NCBI RefSeq assembly: GCF_009914755.1
Contig: NC_060936.1
Reading direction: 5' to 3' (one strand)
DNA: 64,000 nucleotides
Origin: the human T2T-CHM13v2.0 reference genome, Homo sapiens
In this document: positions 16,001-34,299 of the stretch, piece after piece
How positions within the stretch are numbered: position 1 is the stretch's first letter
Layout of the letters: every line of letters begins with the position of its first letter
Notes under the pieces: generated by a model
What the model was told of the DNA's origin: nothing
Database searches by the model: none
What the model saw: only the letters and a program-made list of their open reading frames with translations
Position numbers and translations under genes: made by a program

Positions 16001-17338
16001 ATACAGATAAACTGCCCTACATAAAACAGAACCTCACTTATGGGAATAGATCACAGTATTTTATAACTGTGGAGAAACACAGTTCTCTGAGAAGAATGAA
16101 AACTTGTAACATGAACATCACGTACAGCACCAAAATGTGAATTTTTTTCTAAATCTCATTTTTTAAAATTTAGAAAAACGAGAGAGGAAAAGATTTATCA
16201 ACTGTTCATTAAGAAGAATGTTAAATAATAGATGCTGTTCTTCCAAAGTGGGGAGAAAAATCTGACTTAACTTTGACAGATTTCAAGTTCTAGATTTTTG
16301 AAGGTACAGTTGTCAAAAAGGACTTACAAAAGTGGGCTGTGGTATAATTGAGTTTCTTAGATAAAATAAAAAATTCTTGGATATCTTTTCCTGATATGAG
16401 TACTCTGAAAATTGGAGAATGGTTTAGCAAATCTTGCTCTTTTGTTTTATGTATTTTTAAAAGGAAGCACTTTATTCTTAATCCTCTAGTTTCATAAGAA
16501 GTTAAAGAAGGAAGTGCCTATAATAACCTGATGACTGCAGTTCTCCATCCCACTTGAACTCTTCTTCATGTTGTCTTCTTAAGATCTCTCCTATCTTACA
16601 TGAACTCAGCGTTCTGTAGGGTTTTGTTTGACTTTCTGATAGATCAACATTCACCTCTCCGGAAGCTGTGTTTTAAACTTGTGTAGAACATCAGGGCTGG
16701 GAATTGCTTAGTTGGCTGATAAAATTGCTCATTCTTAGCCAGACCGGTCACTTATATCCAGTTGTCATTTTTGGTTTTCTCCTATGAGATTATGAGAAAA
16801 CCATACATTCTTGAAATACTAGGATGCATCACTTGCTTTTCAATGTCTTTTAAGAAATCGTTTGCTGACAATTGTCTATGAAGAATATCATCTGAAAGAT
16901 GATGCTGCTTACTGCACTTTTTCATGTAGGCTTAACTGCAGGGAAAGAGTGTTTTGATATTCGGTCTAATTACTATCTCATCAAAGCTGGCTTTATGCTT
17001 AGAGAGTAGTTCAAAAACAACTTTGTGCTTTTAAGTAATCAAGCCCTTGCCACCTCTGCTGTCTAACACAGTTTTGCTCTCTCTGTTACAGAGAGCAAAT
17101 TTCTCACGTTTGTCTTGCTTAACTAACTTGAGCCTTTGCTGTTAATGACATACTTCTTCGGCCTCCTTCTTTCCTTTCCTTGCTTTCTTTATTGTGTCCT
17201 CTGTGACGATATCTTGTTGACCTGGATTTGCTTCTGATGGAAAGAACATTTAATAAGCAAACAGCCCTTTCTTAATAAATAGGCTCTCCCTGGGTTAAGT
17301 AATTAATCCACTTCACCTAGTCTTCCATCATTTTCTAG

Positions 17339-17470
17339 GACAGTCTCCGTAAGAAGGATGACAGGATTGAAGAGCTGGAAGAAGCACTAAGAGAAAGTGT
17401 ACAGATAACTGCAGAGCGGGAAATGGTGCTAGCACAAGAGGAATCAGCCAGGACCAATGCTGAAAAACAG
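17339..17470 (+). CDS. ERC1: Internal coding exon of ERC1 (ELKS/RAB6IP2), 132 nt, phase 0/0: DSLRKKDDRIEELEEALRESVQITAEREMVLAQEESARTNAEKQ
   Basis: Acceptor tcttccatcattttctAG|GAC and donor CAG|GTctgc; 44 open codons of heptad-like E/K/L/R-rich sequence that I recognise as ERC1 coiled coil; joins in frame to the 44158 exon. Confidence 0.95.
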
Positions 17471-17601
17471 GTCTGCTATTTTATACAGTTCCAAGCAATG
17501 CTGCTGGTTAACCAAAAGGTAACACACAACCAGTATAGTTTAGGTAAACTATACATATTGTATGTTTATAGGGTTTCAAAAACACTTCATAGAGGAGAAG
17601 T

Positions 17602-17781
17602 CCCAAGGAGTTCCTTCATAGCGGTATTAGATACAAGGATGTGGTTTCTTTTGTGTCAAGTATAGAAAGAAAGACCAACTTTATTAGCAAAGCTGAGAGA
17701 GAATTGATGAACATTTTGCAGAATGAGTGCCTTTCAGTGCCCTGTTCCTAGATAAATGCCTTGTCTACTCTTTCTTAAATA
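17602..17781 (+). repeat. Copy 1 of a ~180-bp local direct duplication
   Basis: Aligns to 19211-19387, including a 44-nt identical block. Confidence 0.93.
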
Positions 17782-17978
17782 AGAATTGAAATAAAGTTGT
17801 ATGAGAATTGACTCATGTTAACACAGAAGTCCCTGCATTAATAACTTAGGTCTGATCCCATATATATTTATGTAGCATGTGCTAATGTATTGGACGAGAT
17901 GAAATGGAGCTTGTCTGTCTGCTACAAGACTGGGCACAACCCTGGCTTTTAAACGGAAAGAAAAAACATGAACGTTTC

Positions 17979-18319
<341 letters not shown>

Positions 18320-18685
18320 TGACTGAAAAACGTTAATTTCAAATAGCTAATATTTTATTCATTTCATACCCTGCCTCATTGAAGAGAAGAGTTAAGGTTG
18401 TAACAAGTTAAGGTTAACAGTGAGTATGAAGGACATAGAAACCATGCACTTGAGTCCCAGATAAGCAGCCTCGGAGGGACTTGCTGAAGAGTTCTGCTGT
18501 GGCAGTTTGTGATGCTTGTTTTACATATATCCTGCATCTTTTAAGATCTCCAGACTCTTGCTTTTGACTTTTCATTAGGAAGAATAACTACAGATGGGAA
18601 AAGTGAATGGAAGAAATAGTTTTAACAAGTGAAGGTTATAATCCCAGCTCCCATTATGAGAATGTGATTTAAGATTTCAAACCTA

Positions 18686-19156
<471 letters not shown>

Positions 19157-19210
19157 TTAAGGTAGCTATAGTAAAGAAGGGTATGTTTCCAAGGCAGACA
19201 TAGTATGTGC

Positions 19211-19387
19211 CCCAGGGAGTCCCTTCATAGCTGTGTGAGATAGAAAGATATGGTTTCTTTTGTGTCAAGTATAGAAAAAAAGACCAACCTCATTGGCAAA
19301 GCTGAGAGAGAATGAACTTTTTGCAGAATGAGTGCCTTTCAGTGCCCTGTTCCTAGATAAATACCTTGTCTACTCTTTCTTCAAATA
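19211..19387 (+). repeat. Copy 2 of a ~180-bp local direct duplication
   Basis: Aligns to 17602-17781. Confidence 0.93.
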
Positions 19388-19707
19388 CATTCCTAATGCA
19401 CAGTCACATAGAGCTTGGTTAGTGGAGAGCTTCAGAGAAGGGATGGTGACAGCCATTGTGTCACCCAAGGGTGGAGAGTAATTTCCTTTAATCTTGATTT
19501 TACCCTTTTTATATTCTCTCCTTTATTTTTCAAAGAAAGATTTTTCTTCTGCTTTGGCCTCATTATTTATTGACAAGTATTAAACATCAGAGATCATGCA
19601 GAGATTTTGGCAATTAATAATCATGTCATTATGGGATACAGACTTCTGTTATGTATTTTCCTTTTTGAGGCTATTGTGTGAACTGATTATAATATGCTTT
19701 AGGGGTA

Positions 19708-20470
19708 TGTTTTATTTATGGTTAATAGACTTCGCAGTTTTTAGGTTTGCAGAAAAATTGAGCAGAAAGTGCAAAGAGCTTCCATTTACGCCTTTCTCTG
19801 CCTCAGTTTCCCCTATTATTAACATGTTGCGCCAGTGTAGTATTTGTTAAAATTAATGAACCAGTTTTAATACATTGTTATTAACTGTGTGGTCCATAGT
19901 TGAGGGTTCACTTTTCGTGACGCACAGTCCCGTGAGTTTTGCCAAATGTATAATGACATGCATCTGCCATTACAGTATTATACAGAGTAGTTGCACTGCC
20001 CTTAAAGTATCATGCCCCACCGATTTATTCCTTCCCCGTCTCCCCAGTCCGTGATCTTTTTACTGCCTCTGTAGTTTTGCCGTTTTCTTTATTGGTAGTT
20101 GGAGTCATATAGTATGTAGCATGTTCAGATTGGCTTCTTTCACTCAGCATCTGCATTTAAGGTTCTTCTTTTTGTGGCTTGATAGCTCATTTCTCTTTAT
20201 CTCTGAATGATATTCCATTGTATGGATATGCCGCAGTTTGTTCATTCCTTCAGCTGTTGAAGGACGTCTTGGTACCATTCAGTTTTTGGCACTTAGGAAC
20301 AAAGCTGCTGTAAACATTCACATGCAGACTTTGGTGTGGATATAAGTTTTCAGCTCATTTGGGTAAATAACTGTGAGTGTGATTGCTGGATTCTGTGGTA
20401 AGATCATATGGTAGGAGTTTTGGAAAAAGCTGCCAAACAGTCTCCCAAAGTGGCTGTATGTATTTTGCTT
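19708..20470 (-). mobile_element. L1MC 3' portion
   Basis: cagtttttaggtttgcagaaaaattgagcagaaag...ttccattgtatggat...ctgccaaacagtctcccaaagtggctgta. Confidence 0.8.
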
Positions 20471-20627
20471 TTAATTGTATGCTTTTTTCCTTTTCTGTTT
20501 TCTTGTCCACCTTTCTGCTACTCACTGCCTATCTGAAGCTGTTGCGTGAAATATTGCATGAGACCAGTTATTTGAACTTTAAGTGGTTCAAGGTATGAAG
20601 AAATTGCTTTTATGTTTATACTTCTGA

Positions 20628-21071
<444 letters not shown>

Positions 21072-21781
21072 TGAGATAATCTACAAATGTTCTTTTGAAA
21101 TGCCTTAAATGAGGCTTTTTTGTTTAGGAACATTATCTTTCTCAGATTCAAAAGTTACCTGTTTCTCACTTAAATTTAGCTTCTGGGAAAGAATGACTTT
21201 TTCTGATAAAGGTAGGATATCTACATCTCTTAATTCCTCCAAGAGCAAAGTAAAATTGTATGGGAGCCATAGCTCTTATTAAAATAAGATGTAGAACCTT
21301 CCAAAGTTCGAGCAAGGAAGAACTCCCATAAGAAAACATCTCTTGATGCCTTTTCTTTATTCTCACGGGATCCCCTTACAGTTTATTTATTCCTAATACA
21401 TGCTGCCCCACGCTGAGCCCATGCTAGAAATTTAGAGAAGTTGTGTAATGACCTAATGAAGGAAGGTGCCCCCTAACCTGTGTGAGCAAATTGGAAGATG
21501 GAAGTGAATGATCCCCACAGGGGAGAACCCAACAGCTCCTTTACTTTTGCTTTGTCCCTTTCCACGTGGGGATTCTATTTCTGGAAGCTTTCTCTGTTTA
21601 ACTTTTGGTGGGTTTTGTGCTTTATTGAATGTGAGTGTCACTTTTCTTAAACAAGGTCTCCTAAACAAGTCTCAGAATTGCCAGGGGCTAAGGAGCAGTA
21701 TGCTTAGTTCAGCTATGATGTTATGAAATTTAAATTTTTGAATTTTAACATTTTAAAAGAGTGATTTAAATATCTTCACTG

Positions 21782-22089
21782 GGCCGGGATACAGTGGCTC
21801 ATGCCTGTGATCCCAGCACTTTGGGAGGCAGACGCTGGAGGATTGCTTGAAGCCAAGAGTTAGAGACCAACCTGTACGACAATGCGAGGCCTCGTCTCTA
21901 CAAGAAAATAAAAATTAATTAGCCGGGCATGAGGGGGTATGCCTATATTCCCAGCTACTTGAGGGACTGAGGTGAGAGGATCACCTGAGCCTAGGAGTTT
22001 GAGGCTGCAGTGAGCCATGATTGTACCACTGCATCCCAGTCTGGGCAACAGAGTGAGACCCTGTCTTTAAAAATAATAATAATAACAAC
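21782..22089 (+). mobile_element. AluJ
   Basis: ggaggattgcttga and gagtttgaggctgcagtgagccatgattg are J-type. Confidence 0.9.
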
Positions 22090-22679
22090 ATATTTGCACA
22101 TATGAATTTGGTTGTTCTTTTAAAAGCCCCATTTTTAACAGTGATATTCAGTGATAAACAGTAATATTTTTTCAAATTGCCATTTTGACATTATTTGGCT
22201 TATAAAGTATAAATTCTTGATGTTCAAGGTTATAGGATTATATCTGTGGTTTGCTAGGTAATGATACATTAATGAGCATTTTTAAGGATTACATATTTTT
22301 TTGTTGTTGTTAATGTATAAAGTTCTTCATTGGCTGAAAATCTCCTCTGTCATTTATGCAACAGTTATCACCAGAATACCCAAGTTCATTTTCAGAATGA
22401 ACAGTTGCCACTACAGAAGCAAAACTGGTAGAGGGGTATGTCTGTAGAAGATAATGTACACTAATAGAACTATAATTGTATTCCTTCGTCTTTCTTATTG
22501 CCTTTTTTACTTTTAGCAATTTATTCTTTACTTTTATAAACATAATTCTTTACTGGTCTGAATATTAAGTTATATTTCCCTCATTGTTTATTAAATGGCA
22601 GTGTTGCTCTGAAAATAAAATTATACTTTCACTTGTACCTTTTTCCCTGCTAACATTTAAAAAAATCTTGTGCTTTTCC

Positions 22680-23970
<1,291 letters not shown>

Positions 23971-23974
23971 GGCT

Positions 23975-25080
<1,106 letters not shown>

Positions 25081-25856
25081 TTTAAATTTATATAAATATT
25101 TTTATTGAGAAAAGTACAAGACAGGATCTGTGCAAGCCATCTAGCACAAAGTAAATTACATTAGTATAAAATTCTAAGGAGAAGTAGAATGGAAACAAGG
25201 TCAAAGAGAAAAAGGAAAATGTAAATAATAATTTGTCCTTAACGGTTTTTGAATAGATGATGATGGATATCAAGTATGGTATTTGTATTTTATTGGATAC
25301 TTCCTTTTCTTTAAAAAAGTGATGCTTTTTTAAAAAACAGTCTTTAATACCCAAGAAATTAGATCTTTGCAACTCTTTAAATTTTCGACGTAAAACATTT
25401 ATATATCAAGTTAAAATCATTCTGTCTCAGTATGTTTGTGAGCAGAAAAAAAGAAGTATAAAAAGATACATTTTAAAAATCATAGTTGTATAAACTCTTT
25501 TAGGAGGTATAGAAGCAAAAATGTGTAGAGAGACTTTTGGTCTATGCAAGAGGTTGGGCAGATCAGGCAATAGCTGAAGAGATTCCACAGTGACAGTGGA
25601 GATAAAGAGAAATAGATAGATTTAAAACGTCTTTTGGAAATAGAGCTAAAAGGATTTGGTGAATTACATGTATGGATAAAGGATAGAAGAGAAAACAAAG
25701 ATGGCCATTGGATTTCTGGTTGGCCAACTGGGAGAATAGTGGTATAATTTTTTGAGATGAGAAAGCCTGAGGGAAAAATTTGAGGATAAGAAGCAAGACA
25801 TGGTATTAAAGAAATGTTAGCTACATTATCGTCAGTTTTAGAATTGTTATCAGATA

Positions 25857-26005
25857 TTTTTATTATTGATTTAGAGATGAGTTCTCGATATGTTGTTCAG
25901 GCTGGACTGTAGTAGCTATTTACAGGCATGATTATAGCACACTATGGCCTCGAACTCCTGGGCTCAAGCTACCTTTCCACATAGCTGGCACTGTATGCGT
26001 GCACA
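25857..26005 (-). mobile_element. FAM (fossil Alu monomer, 7SL-derived)
   Basis: caggctggactgtagtagctatttacaggcatgattatagcacacta, a 7SL/FAM-specific segment. Confidence 0.75.
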
Positions 26006-26344
26006 ATTTATATTTTTAGCCAAGTTTTCTCTTCTGAGATCCAAAGTTATGAAATAGACAACAACCCATTTCATATCTTTACACCAATATTTCCTTGATA
26101 TCTCAACCAGAAACTAAGTTCAATCTTTTGATTCTCACCTTCCAACCAGTTTTTCCCCCAGGCTTGCTCATCTCATCTGAGAGGACTTCTTTGTAATCTT
26201 ACAAAGCTGAAAGTAGGCTTACTGAATGTGAGGGAAGTCGAGTCTGAGAGAGGCAGAAGTGATAGGTTAGGTACAGAAATTTTTACACTGTGGCTTTCCA
26301 GTTCAAAAGGTCGTTCCAGAACCTTAGGGAAGCTGTATTCCATA

Positions 26345-26560
26345 ATGGCGAAGAAGGTGGACTCTGGAGTTAGAAACCTTGGTTGGAATTAGGCTCCCAT
26401 CACTTAGAAATTATGACCTTGGGCAAGTTACTTGTGGGTCAGTTCCCCGAGCTGTAAAAGAAATAGTTACTACATCTGCCACATTAAAGAGATGGTATCT
26501 GTATAAAGCACCTTTAACAGATTCTGACACGTGGTAAAGCCATAGTAAACATCTACCACT
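26345..26560 (+). mobile_element. MIR
   Basis: ggactctggagttaga...tgaccttgggcaagttact core. Confidence 0.8.
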
Positions 26561-26973
26561 ATTGGTACTTCTGTTGTCACCACCACTGCCCTCTGTGGTT
26601 CCAAGGGGAGGCACTGCTCTCACTGGTTGGCTGAAGGCCCCAGAGAAATGTCGTATTTATAGACCCTGTCTGGTTGATTCAGCACCAGCAGTGACAAACT
26701 TACTGTTAAATTCTAATTTACATATGTCAAGTGTTAATACTGTGACTCAAGGAAATTCTTGTCCTCTCCCCAATCTGGTCTCATATTCTAGAAGTTGTAG
26801 ATTTGCATCAACTGAGAATAACACAGTCACCTAATATGTTGATCAGATGGACATTATTCTTATCACCAGATTATTTATTCTCTGAGAGTCTGTCTTAGAT
26901 CAATACAGGTTCTTAATCTGTACATTATTTCCTATTTTACATCCATGGTCTTCTCATAAAAAGAGTTTGAGTA

Positions 26974-27342
<369 letters not shown>

Positions 27343-27811
27343 TCAGTTTTACTAAGCCAGATGTTCTATAGTTTCCAGAAGGAAGGGAGGGAGGGGAAAA
27401 ATACTTTCTTAGCATTATTTGAAACTAAGCATTGGTTTTAGAACGTTATCCTTAGATGTTATTCCTAGAAGCAGGAAGATACGGAAATTTTAAAACCGTA
27501 AAAATATTTTAAGGGTTTAGTCTTTGTAATCTTAAATTGGAATTTGAAACATTTGTTTAAATTTATGACTTTTTTCTCTTAAACAGTCACACATGCATTT
27601 CCTATGTACTGCAAATACCTAGAAAACAAATCATCTTCTTAGTAGCAATGCTCACTCGTAGTGGTCAGATACGGTTTCTAAATACTATTCAATATTAGAA
27701 GGACTTGAAATCTAAACAAAAGTTACTTTTTTGGCATAAAGTGAATATTATAAGTATACATTTTTCTTCACAAGTGCTTATTGGCTTCTGAAACCTCTGT
27801 AGTCTTTATAG

Positions 27812-28012
27812 CAGCACTGTCAAATAGAACTTGCTAAAACAGTGGTAATGTTTTATGTCTGTTCTACCAAGATGGTAGCCTCTAGCCACGTTTCTGTTGA
27901 ACACTTAAAATTTGGCTAGAGCACCTGAAAAACTGATATTTTGCTTTTATTTAATTTTAAGTAAATTTTAATGGCCATATCTGCCTAGTGGCTACTATAT
28001 TGGACAGTTCAA
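27812..28012. mobile_element. MER3-like hAT-Charlie MITE
   Basis: Ends cagcactgtcaaatagaac / tattggacagttc; 8-bp TSD ct(t/c)tatag. Confidence 0.85.
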
Positions 28013-28029
28013 CTCTATAGTATGTTGGA

Positions 28030-28112
28030 CAGATGGGTGGGTGGATGGATGGATGGATGGTCGGTCAGTCAGATGGACAGACAGATAGATACATGGATAT
28101 CTATCTATCTAC
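28030..28112. repeat. Compound (GGAT)n/(GATA)n/(TATC)n simple repeats
   Basis: Direct reading. Confidence 0.8.
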
Positions 28113-28745
28113 ATATACATAGTTAGTAGATACTAGTTAGTTTTTCCTCCTAAGCCTGACAGAGTTGTGACACTAGGATATTCAAATACAAGCATTTTCT
28201 GATATAGTTGGTCATTTTTTAAATTTTTGTTTTTGGAAAAACATTTGTGACATAAAACCATGTTTGTCAAAAGTAATTTTTCCTTTAAGAAATAATGGTG
28301 GAAGACTAGATCACTTTCAAGGGATATTATAATTGCATGTGAGTGTTTTCTTCCACATTCGTGTGGTAGCATCATGTAGATGCTTAAAGTTATGACGTGA
28401 GTGATGGAATTAGTGGAGGAAAAAGGAGTGGAATAGTTACAGAAATGAGAGTCATCTACATTAGATGTCCATAGTGAGAACATGCCACCCCAGCATTGTT
28501 AAAAGTTTATGTATCATCCATTCATTTCGCTGTTCATTCATTGTTTATCTAGATCCTCCTATGTGCTAGAAACTGAGAATACTTTACTGAACCAAATGAG
28601 TATGGTCCTTTTCCTCATGGAGCTTATATGTTAGTAGGGGAGATTGATCACAGAAATAAACATATACTTTAAAATTTGATCCATGCAAATAAAAAAAGTA
28701 TAGTATTTTATAAAAGTGTGTAACAGGGGACCTTATTTAGAGTGA

Positions 28746-29095
<350 letters not shown>

Positions 29096-29453
29096 TGGAG
29101 GGCATCTCTTAACACATTGATACTTAAATTGAGAAATGAAAATGAAAAGTAAGTAGGAATTAGTGAAATTAAGAATGGCAGGTAGTTTACTTCAGCAGGA
29201 ACCACGTGTGTGGAGACCCTAATGATGGAAATAGTTTGGCATAGTTCGGAAATCAAAAGAAAACCAGAGTTCGTGGAGTGTACTAAGTCAAAGTGAGCCG
29301 GTAGCTCTATGGATAGTAGGTGAGTGATTGAATAAATGAGTGAATGAATGGATGGTGTGGCATGAAACTGGAGAGGTAGGCAGAAACCAGAATATATAGG
29401 ATAGTCATGTTAATGATTTTAGGTTTTATCTCAACCACAGTGGTTATCTTTTA

Positions 29454-29763
<310 letters not shown>

Positions 29764-30009
29764 TAGAGTATTCCAGCAATTATATGAAGAATAAATAGGA
29801 GAGTAAGGGTAGAAAGGGCTGAGGACATGTTAGGAAAACATATAATCCAAGGACATGTAGGGTGATGGCAAAGGAGATGGAGAGGTCTATTTGGAGATAA
29901 ACTCAGCAAGATTTGCTGGTCAATTGCATGTTGATGATGAGGGAGAGGAGAGGGAAGTGGCAAGGTTGATTTCTACGCTTCTTATCACGAGGATCTTTAA
30001 GTGGATGGT

Positions 30010-30175
30010 TGTCTTATTCCATTTAGTGTTGCTATAAAGGAATTACCTAAGGCTGGGTAATTTATAAAGAAAAGGAGTTTATTTGGCCATGGTTCTACAA
30101 ACTGTACAAGGAGCATGATGCCCGCATCTGCTTCTGGTGAGGGTCTCAGGCTTCCACTTGTGTCAGAAGGCAGAG
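30010..30175 (-). mobile_element. MaLR LTR fragment (MST-like)
   Basis: gttgctataaaggaattacctaaggctgggtaatttataaagaaaagg...catctgcttctggtgagg. Confidence 0.8.
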
Positions 30176-30523
30176 TACCTTTTATTCTTAATACAAACTA
30201 CAATTCTTGTAGATTTACTGACACTTACTGATTACCTACTGTCTGCCAGTCACTCTGGTACATTCTTTCTTTATAATATTATTCAGTTGTTAAACAACAG
30301 ATTCTCAGATATATGTAATGTTTTCTAGGTCGAAAACAAGTGCCAGTTCTTGTTGGGTCCTTTTTCAGAAGAGTAAAGAAGGGCTTACATGTCTTAAACT
30401 ACATGTTCCTTCTGAGTGAAGCAATCTCTTCAACCTTACCTTATTCCCTTGTCTGGAAAAATCCTACTTCTTCCATAAAACCTTTTCTGACCTTCCAAGT
30501 CTGAGTTACATGTCTCTCTCATG

Positions 30524-30844
30524 TTTTTGTTTTTCTTTTTCTTTTTCTTTTTTTTTTTTTGAGATGGAGTCTCTCTCTGTTGCCCAGGCTGGAGTGCAGT
30601 GGCGTGATCTCGGCTCACTGCAACCTCCGCCTCCCAGGTTCAAGCAATTATCCCTGCCTCAGCCTCCCAAGTAGCTGGGATTACAGGCGCCCGCCACCAT
30701 GCCCAGCTAATTTTTTGTTATTTTTAGTAGAGACGGGGTTTCGCTATGTTGACCAGGCTGGTCTCGAACTCCTGACCTCAGGTGATCTGCCCACCTCAGC
30801 CTCCCAAATGCTGGGATTACTGGCGTGAGCCACTGTGCCCAGCC
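30524..30844 (-). mobile_element. AluS, full length
   Basis: TSD tctcatgttttt. Confidence 0.93.
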
Positions 30845-30849
30845 TCTCA

Positions 30850-31095
30850 TGTTTTTCAACTGCACTTGTACTTAGTCCTGTTTTTTTTTTTTAATAACAC
30901 TGCATTATTATTACGTATTTACTACCTATTGCTTTAAGAGACTGTCTCCATTTTGTCTCCTAGAATGAAAGCTCCTTGAGGGCAGGAGCTGTGTCTTATT
31001 TACTGTTGTATCCTCAGCGTCTACCATTGCACCTGGTACACAATGGCATTCAATGAATATTTACTAAGTAATTAAATTATGAGCGAATAAATGAA
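30850..31095 (+). mobile_element. L2 3' end
   Basis: aagctccttgagggcaggagctgtgtctt...gcacctggtacacaatggcattcaatgaatatt. Confidence 0.75.
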
Positions 31096-33964
31096 ATTTT
31101 GTCCTGACTTAATGTTTGCAGCATCACTGTACTTACTAAACAATTTAGGATTTAATGGTAATTTTATCATATTTTTATACTTATCTAAACAGTGTTTTGA
31201 AATGTTTTCTTTGTTGCAATTGCGTTTCCACTGGATTTGATAAACTACTTTTTCATCTGAACAGAAGAACTTAAAGGTGTCAGAATTGTAGATTTAAAGA
31301 ATTAGAATAGATATTTATGTGAAAGTTATTTACATTTTTGTGCTTGATTTTAAAGAATGGTAGCCAGAGTGGAAAAATACAATTTAGAAATCATTATTAT
31401 CCCTGACCTGTCCTTCAGTGGCAAAACAGAGGGCTTATATGTCTCAAAAAGTGAATGTGCAAAATTGTAGGCCCACTGTTGTTGACCTCTTAGCTAGTGG
31501 GAACTAGCTGAAAGTCTTATGTAGCAGTGAGCCTTCCACTCGGAAGTACCAGGCCACCATGTTTATGAAAACATGTAATAATTCAAAACATTCTGCAGAG
31601 CAGGTATAAACTGATTAGAATCATTTGAAAATCTTTTTGATCCTACTTTATTTCCTTTTAGTGGGACTGATGCTTCTGATCATCACTGGTAAATTTGACA
31701 TTAGGTTTTTCAAGATTTGCCTCATCTTTCCCGGACTTGGAAATAGGTTCATAATATTATTAAGACTGATTCATTTCATATAGTGCTGTAATGGGTTACA
31801 TTTAATAGTTTACAGAAATCTCTTCTTAACATATCCTAAATTCATTTTCTTTGCTTGCTCTTATAAGTCTTAACTGATTTCTGTGAGACATTCTTGAAAT
31901 GAGTAGCTAAGCAGTCCAAAAGTGTTACAGATACAAACGTTATTCAGAACTATGTAGAATCATTCTGTCTTACAAAAAAAATAGAGTGTTACGTTGGTAA
32001 CATAAACGGTGCTTGTAAAGCAGTTTACTGGTTTCTGCAGAAGTTCATCATGTTTGGTCAATGCACAGATTGTAGATACTGTTGTTCAAAGATACTTCAT
32101 TTTTAAAATGTAAGATGTTATTATGGAACATGATATTGATAAGCATATAGAAAGTATATTTTTAATGTTTCAGGTACCTAAGAGATATGACAGTTCACGA
32201 TCATCTTCTCTTTGCCGTTGTGTAATCAGTTCAGTCTTTCAATCAAATTCTGTCAAGAGGAACCTCGTAGGTTTCACTGTAGACTCTCGCTCTGCTGTCA
32301 AGGAGTTTGAATCCCCTTTGTTATGGTGGCTGGTTATGAAATCAGTCACTTGACAGACCCTGAAGTGAGACTGCTGGAAATACGTCATGTCTGCCTTCAT
32401 GGTGACAGCTGGTTACAAAACAAACCCCACCACAGCCATTCTGCAATTGACAAGGGACTTCAAAAGCCAACAGGGCTGCCACTTCAAAGAGAATTCTGCC
32501 ATCTCTGGCTTGTTGAAAGAAGTTGTTAAATGGCTGTACCCTGCCCTACCAGAAATCTCCATGTTTAGACTTCTCCTTCTTTTGATCTTTGAAAGATGTA
32601 TGAAATGACTTAAGTTAGAGGAATGATAAAGTCTCTAGTAATGGCAACCCAGCACTCTGCATTTTGATCCATTTATTAATGGAAATTACCCAGATATGTT
32701 CTAATGACAGGAGGTTTAAAAACTCAATGTCTCAGAGAATGAATGTCCAAAAAAAGAGTTGAAATTTCATAGTATTGTTGTAGCCACCTTAAAAAATCTG
32801 GAAATAGTAGGGAAGAAAATGAAACTCAGTGTGTTTTTAAAACCTTCCATTTCTTCGTGTAATTTTTAGCCCTTTTAATGGAATCAGATTCTGAATATTG
32901 ATAGATTAGAAAACAACACAAATCTTTAATCATAAGATTAAATTTCATGGTTAAAACGGACATTTCTCCACTTTTAGTAACTCTGTACTTAAAGTTTGAA
33001 GCTACCTTGTACTATATTTAAAGTTATATTCATCCCTTTCTGCTGAATACAATTTTAAAATAATTACCTTGTGTTTATCTTAAACAATAAAAAAAGCCTT
33101 AGAGTTTTAATAGAACCCTTAATAAAAGGTCAGAGTGCTAACAATCAAGGGAAAAGGCAGCAACATGAACTCTTTCTTTTAGAATACGGATAGCCCTAAA
33201 AGATGGAGTAATGTTTAGTATACTTGAAAAAGAAAGCAGAAAACTTTATAAATAATATAACAGTAAAAAAAAAGTGGAGATTTTATACTCAACATGAACT
33301 TGGAGTGTAAATTAGTTGGAATTTAAAATCCTTCTAAGTGAATGGCATGACCTTTTCCTAATTGTATGTTTTCTCTCTCATCCTATGTGTATAGGAAGAT
33401 AAAGCTAAAGATCTTTAGATTCATTTGCCCTGATCTCCTATTTTCTTATTTCTCTTAAAATATCTCTTTACATAAAATTTTTAGAAATCGAGTTGACAGA
33501 AGCTTTAACGACTGTAACTTCCTCTATAATTTTACCAGATGGGGTCAGTAGATAACTACTAAAGAAATTCTGAAGCAGAAATGAAGCCCCCAGGAAATAA
33601 CCCCATGACATAGTATGACCAAAAAATTCTCTAGAAACATGAGTAGTCGCTCTTCAAGTAATGCATTTGGATTTGTCTTTTTTTGTTGTTGTTATCTTAG
33701 TTTCTTCCTCTAGAAAAACCTCCAGAAAATTTTTTTGACAAAGTAGTACATGATATTACTGTCCTGGAAGTCCAGGAAATATCTATGCCTTTAAATTTAG
33801 GCTCGAGTTTTCATTTTATTCAGCAAAAGGACTGTATCTGTGTTTTCAAAAGTTAGAGCGATGTGAAAAAATTAAGTCCAGTGGAAACAAACCTTTGGCA
33901 CATCCAAAATTAAACCCCAGAAATGACTGCCAGAAGTCTATGGATACTGGTTTTCAAAGCAGAC

Positions 33965-34299
<335 letters not shown>

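Noticed and set aside
16772-16803. 10-bp stem hairpin; also a 16-bp palindrome at 36758-36773
   Set aside because: Within chance expectation for 64 kb of AT-rich DNA
17423-17665. 80-aa ORF MVLAQEES... as an independent gene or retained-intron product
   Set aside because: It is the tail of the ERC1 exon reading through the donor; no evidence for a separate start
17704-17856. TGATGA...CTGA as a box C/D snoRNA
   Set aside because: No terminal stem, imperfect C box, and the motif is missing in the duplicate copy
32123-32608. Cluster of overlapping non-repeat + strand ORFs
   Set aside because: No recognisable protein, coding bias or convincing splice-site pair; possibly regulatory sequence, but not supportable from sequence alone
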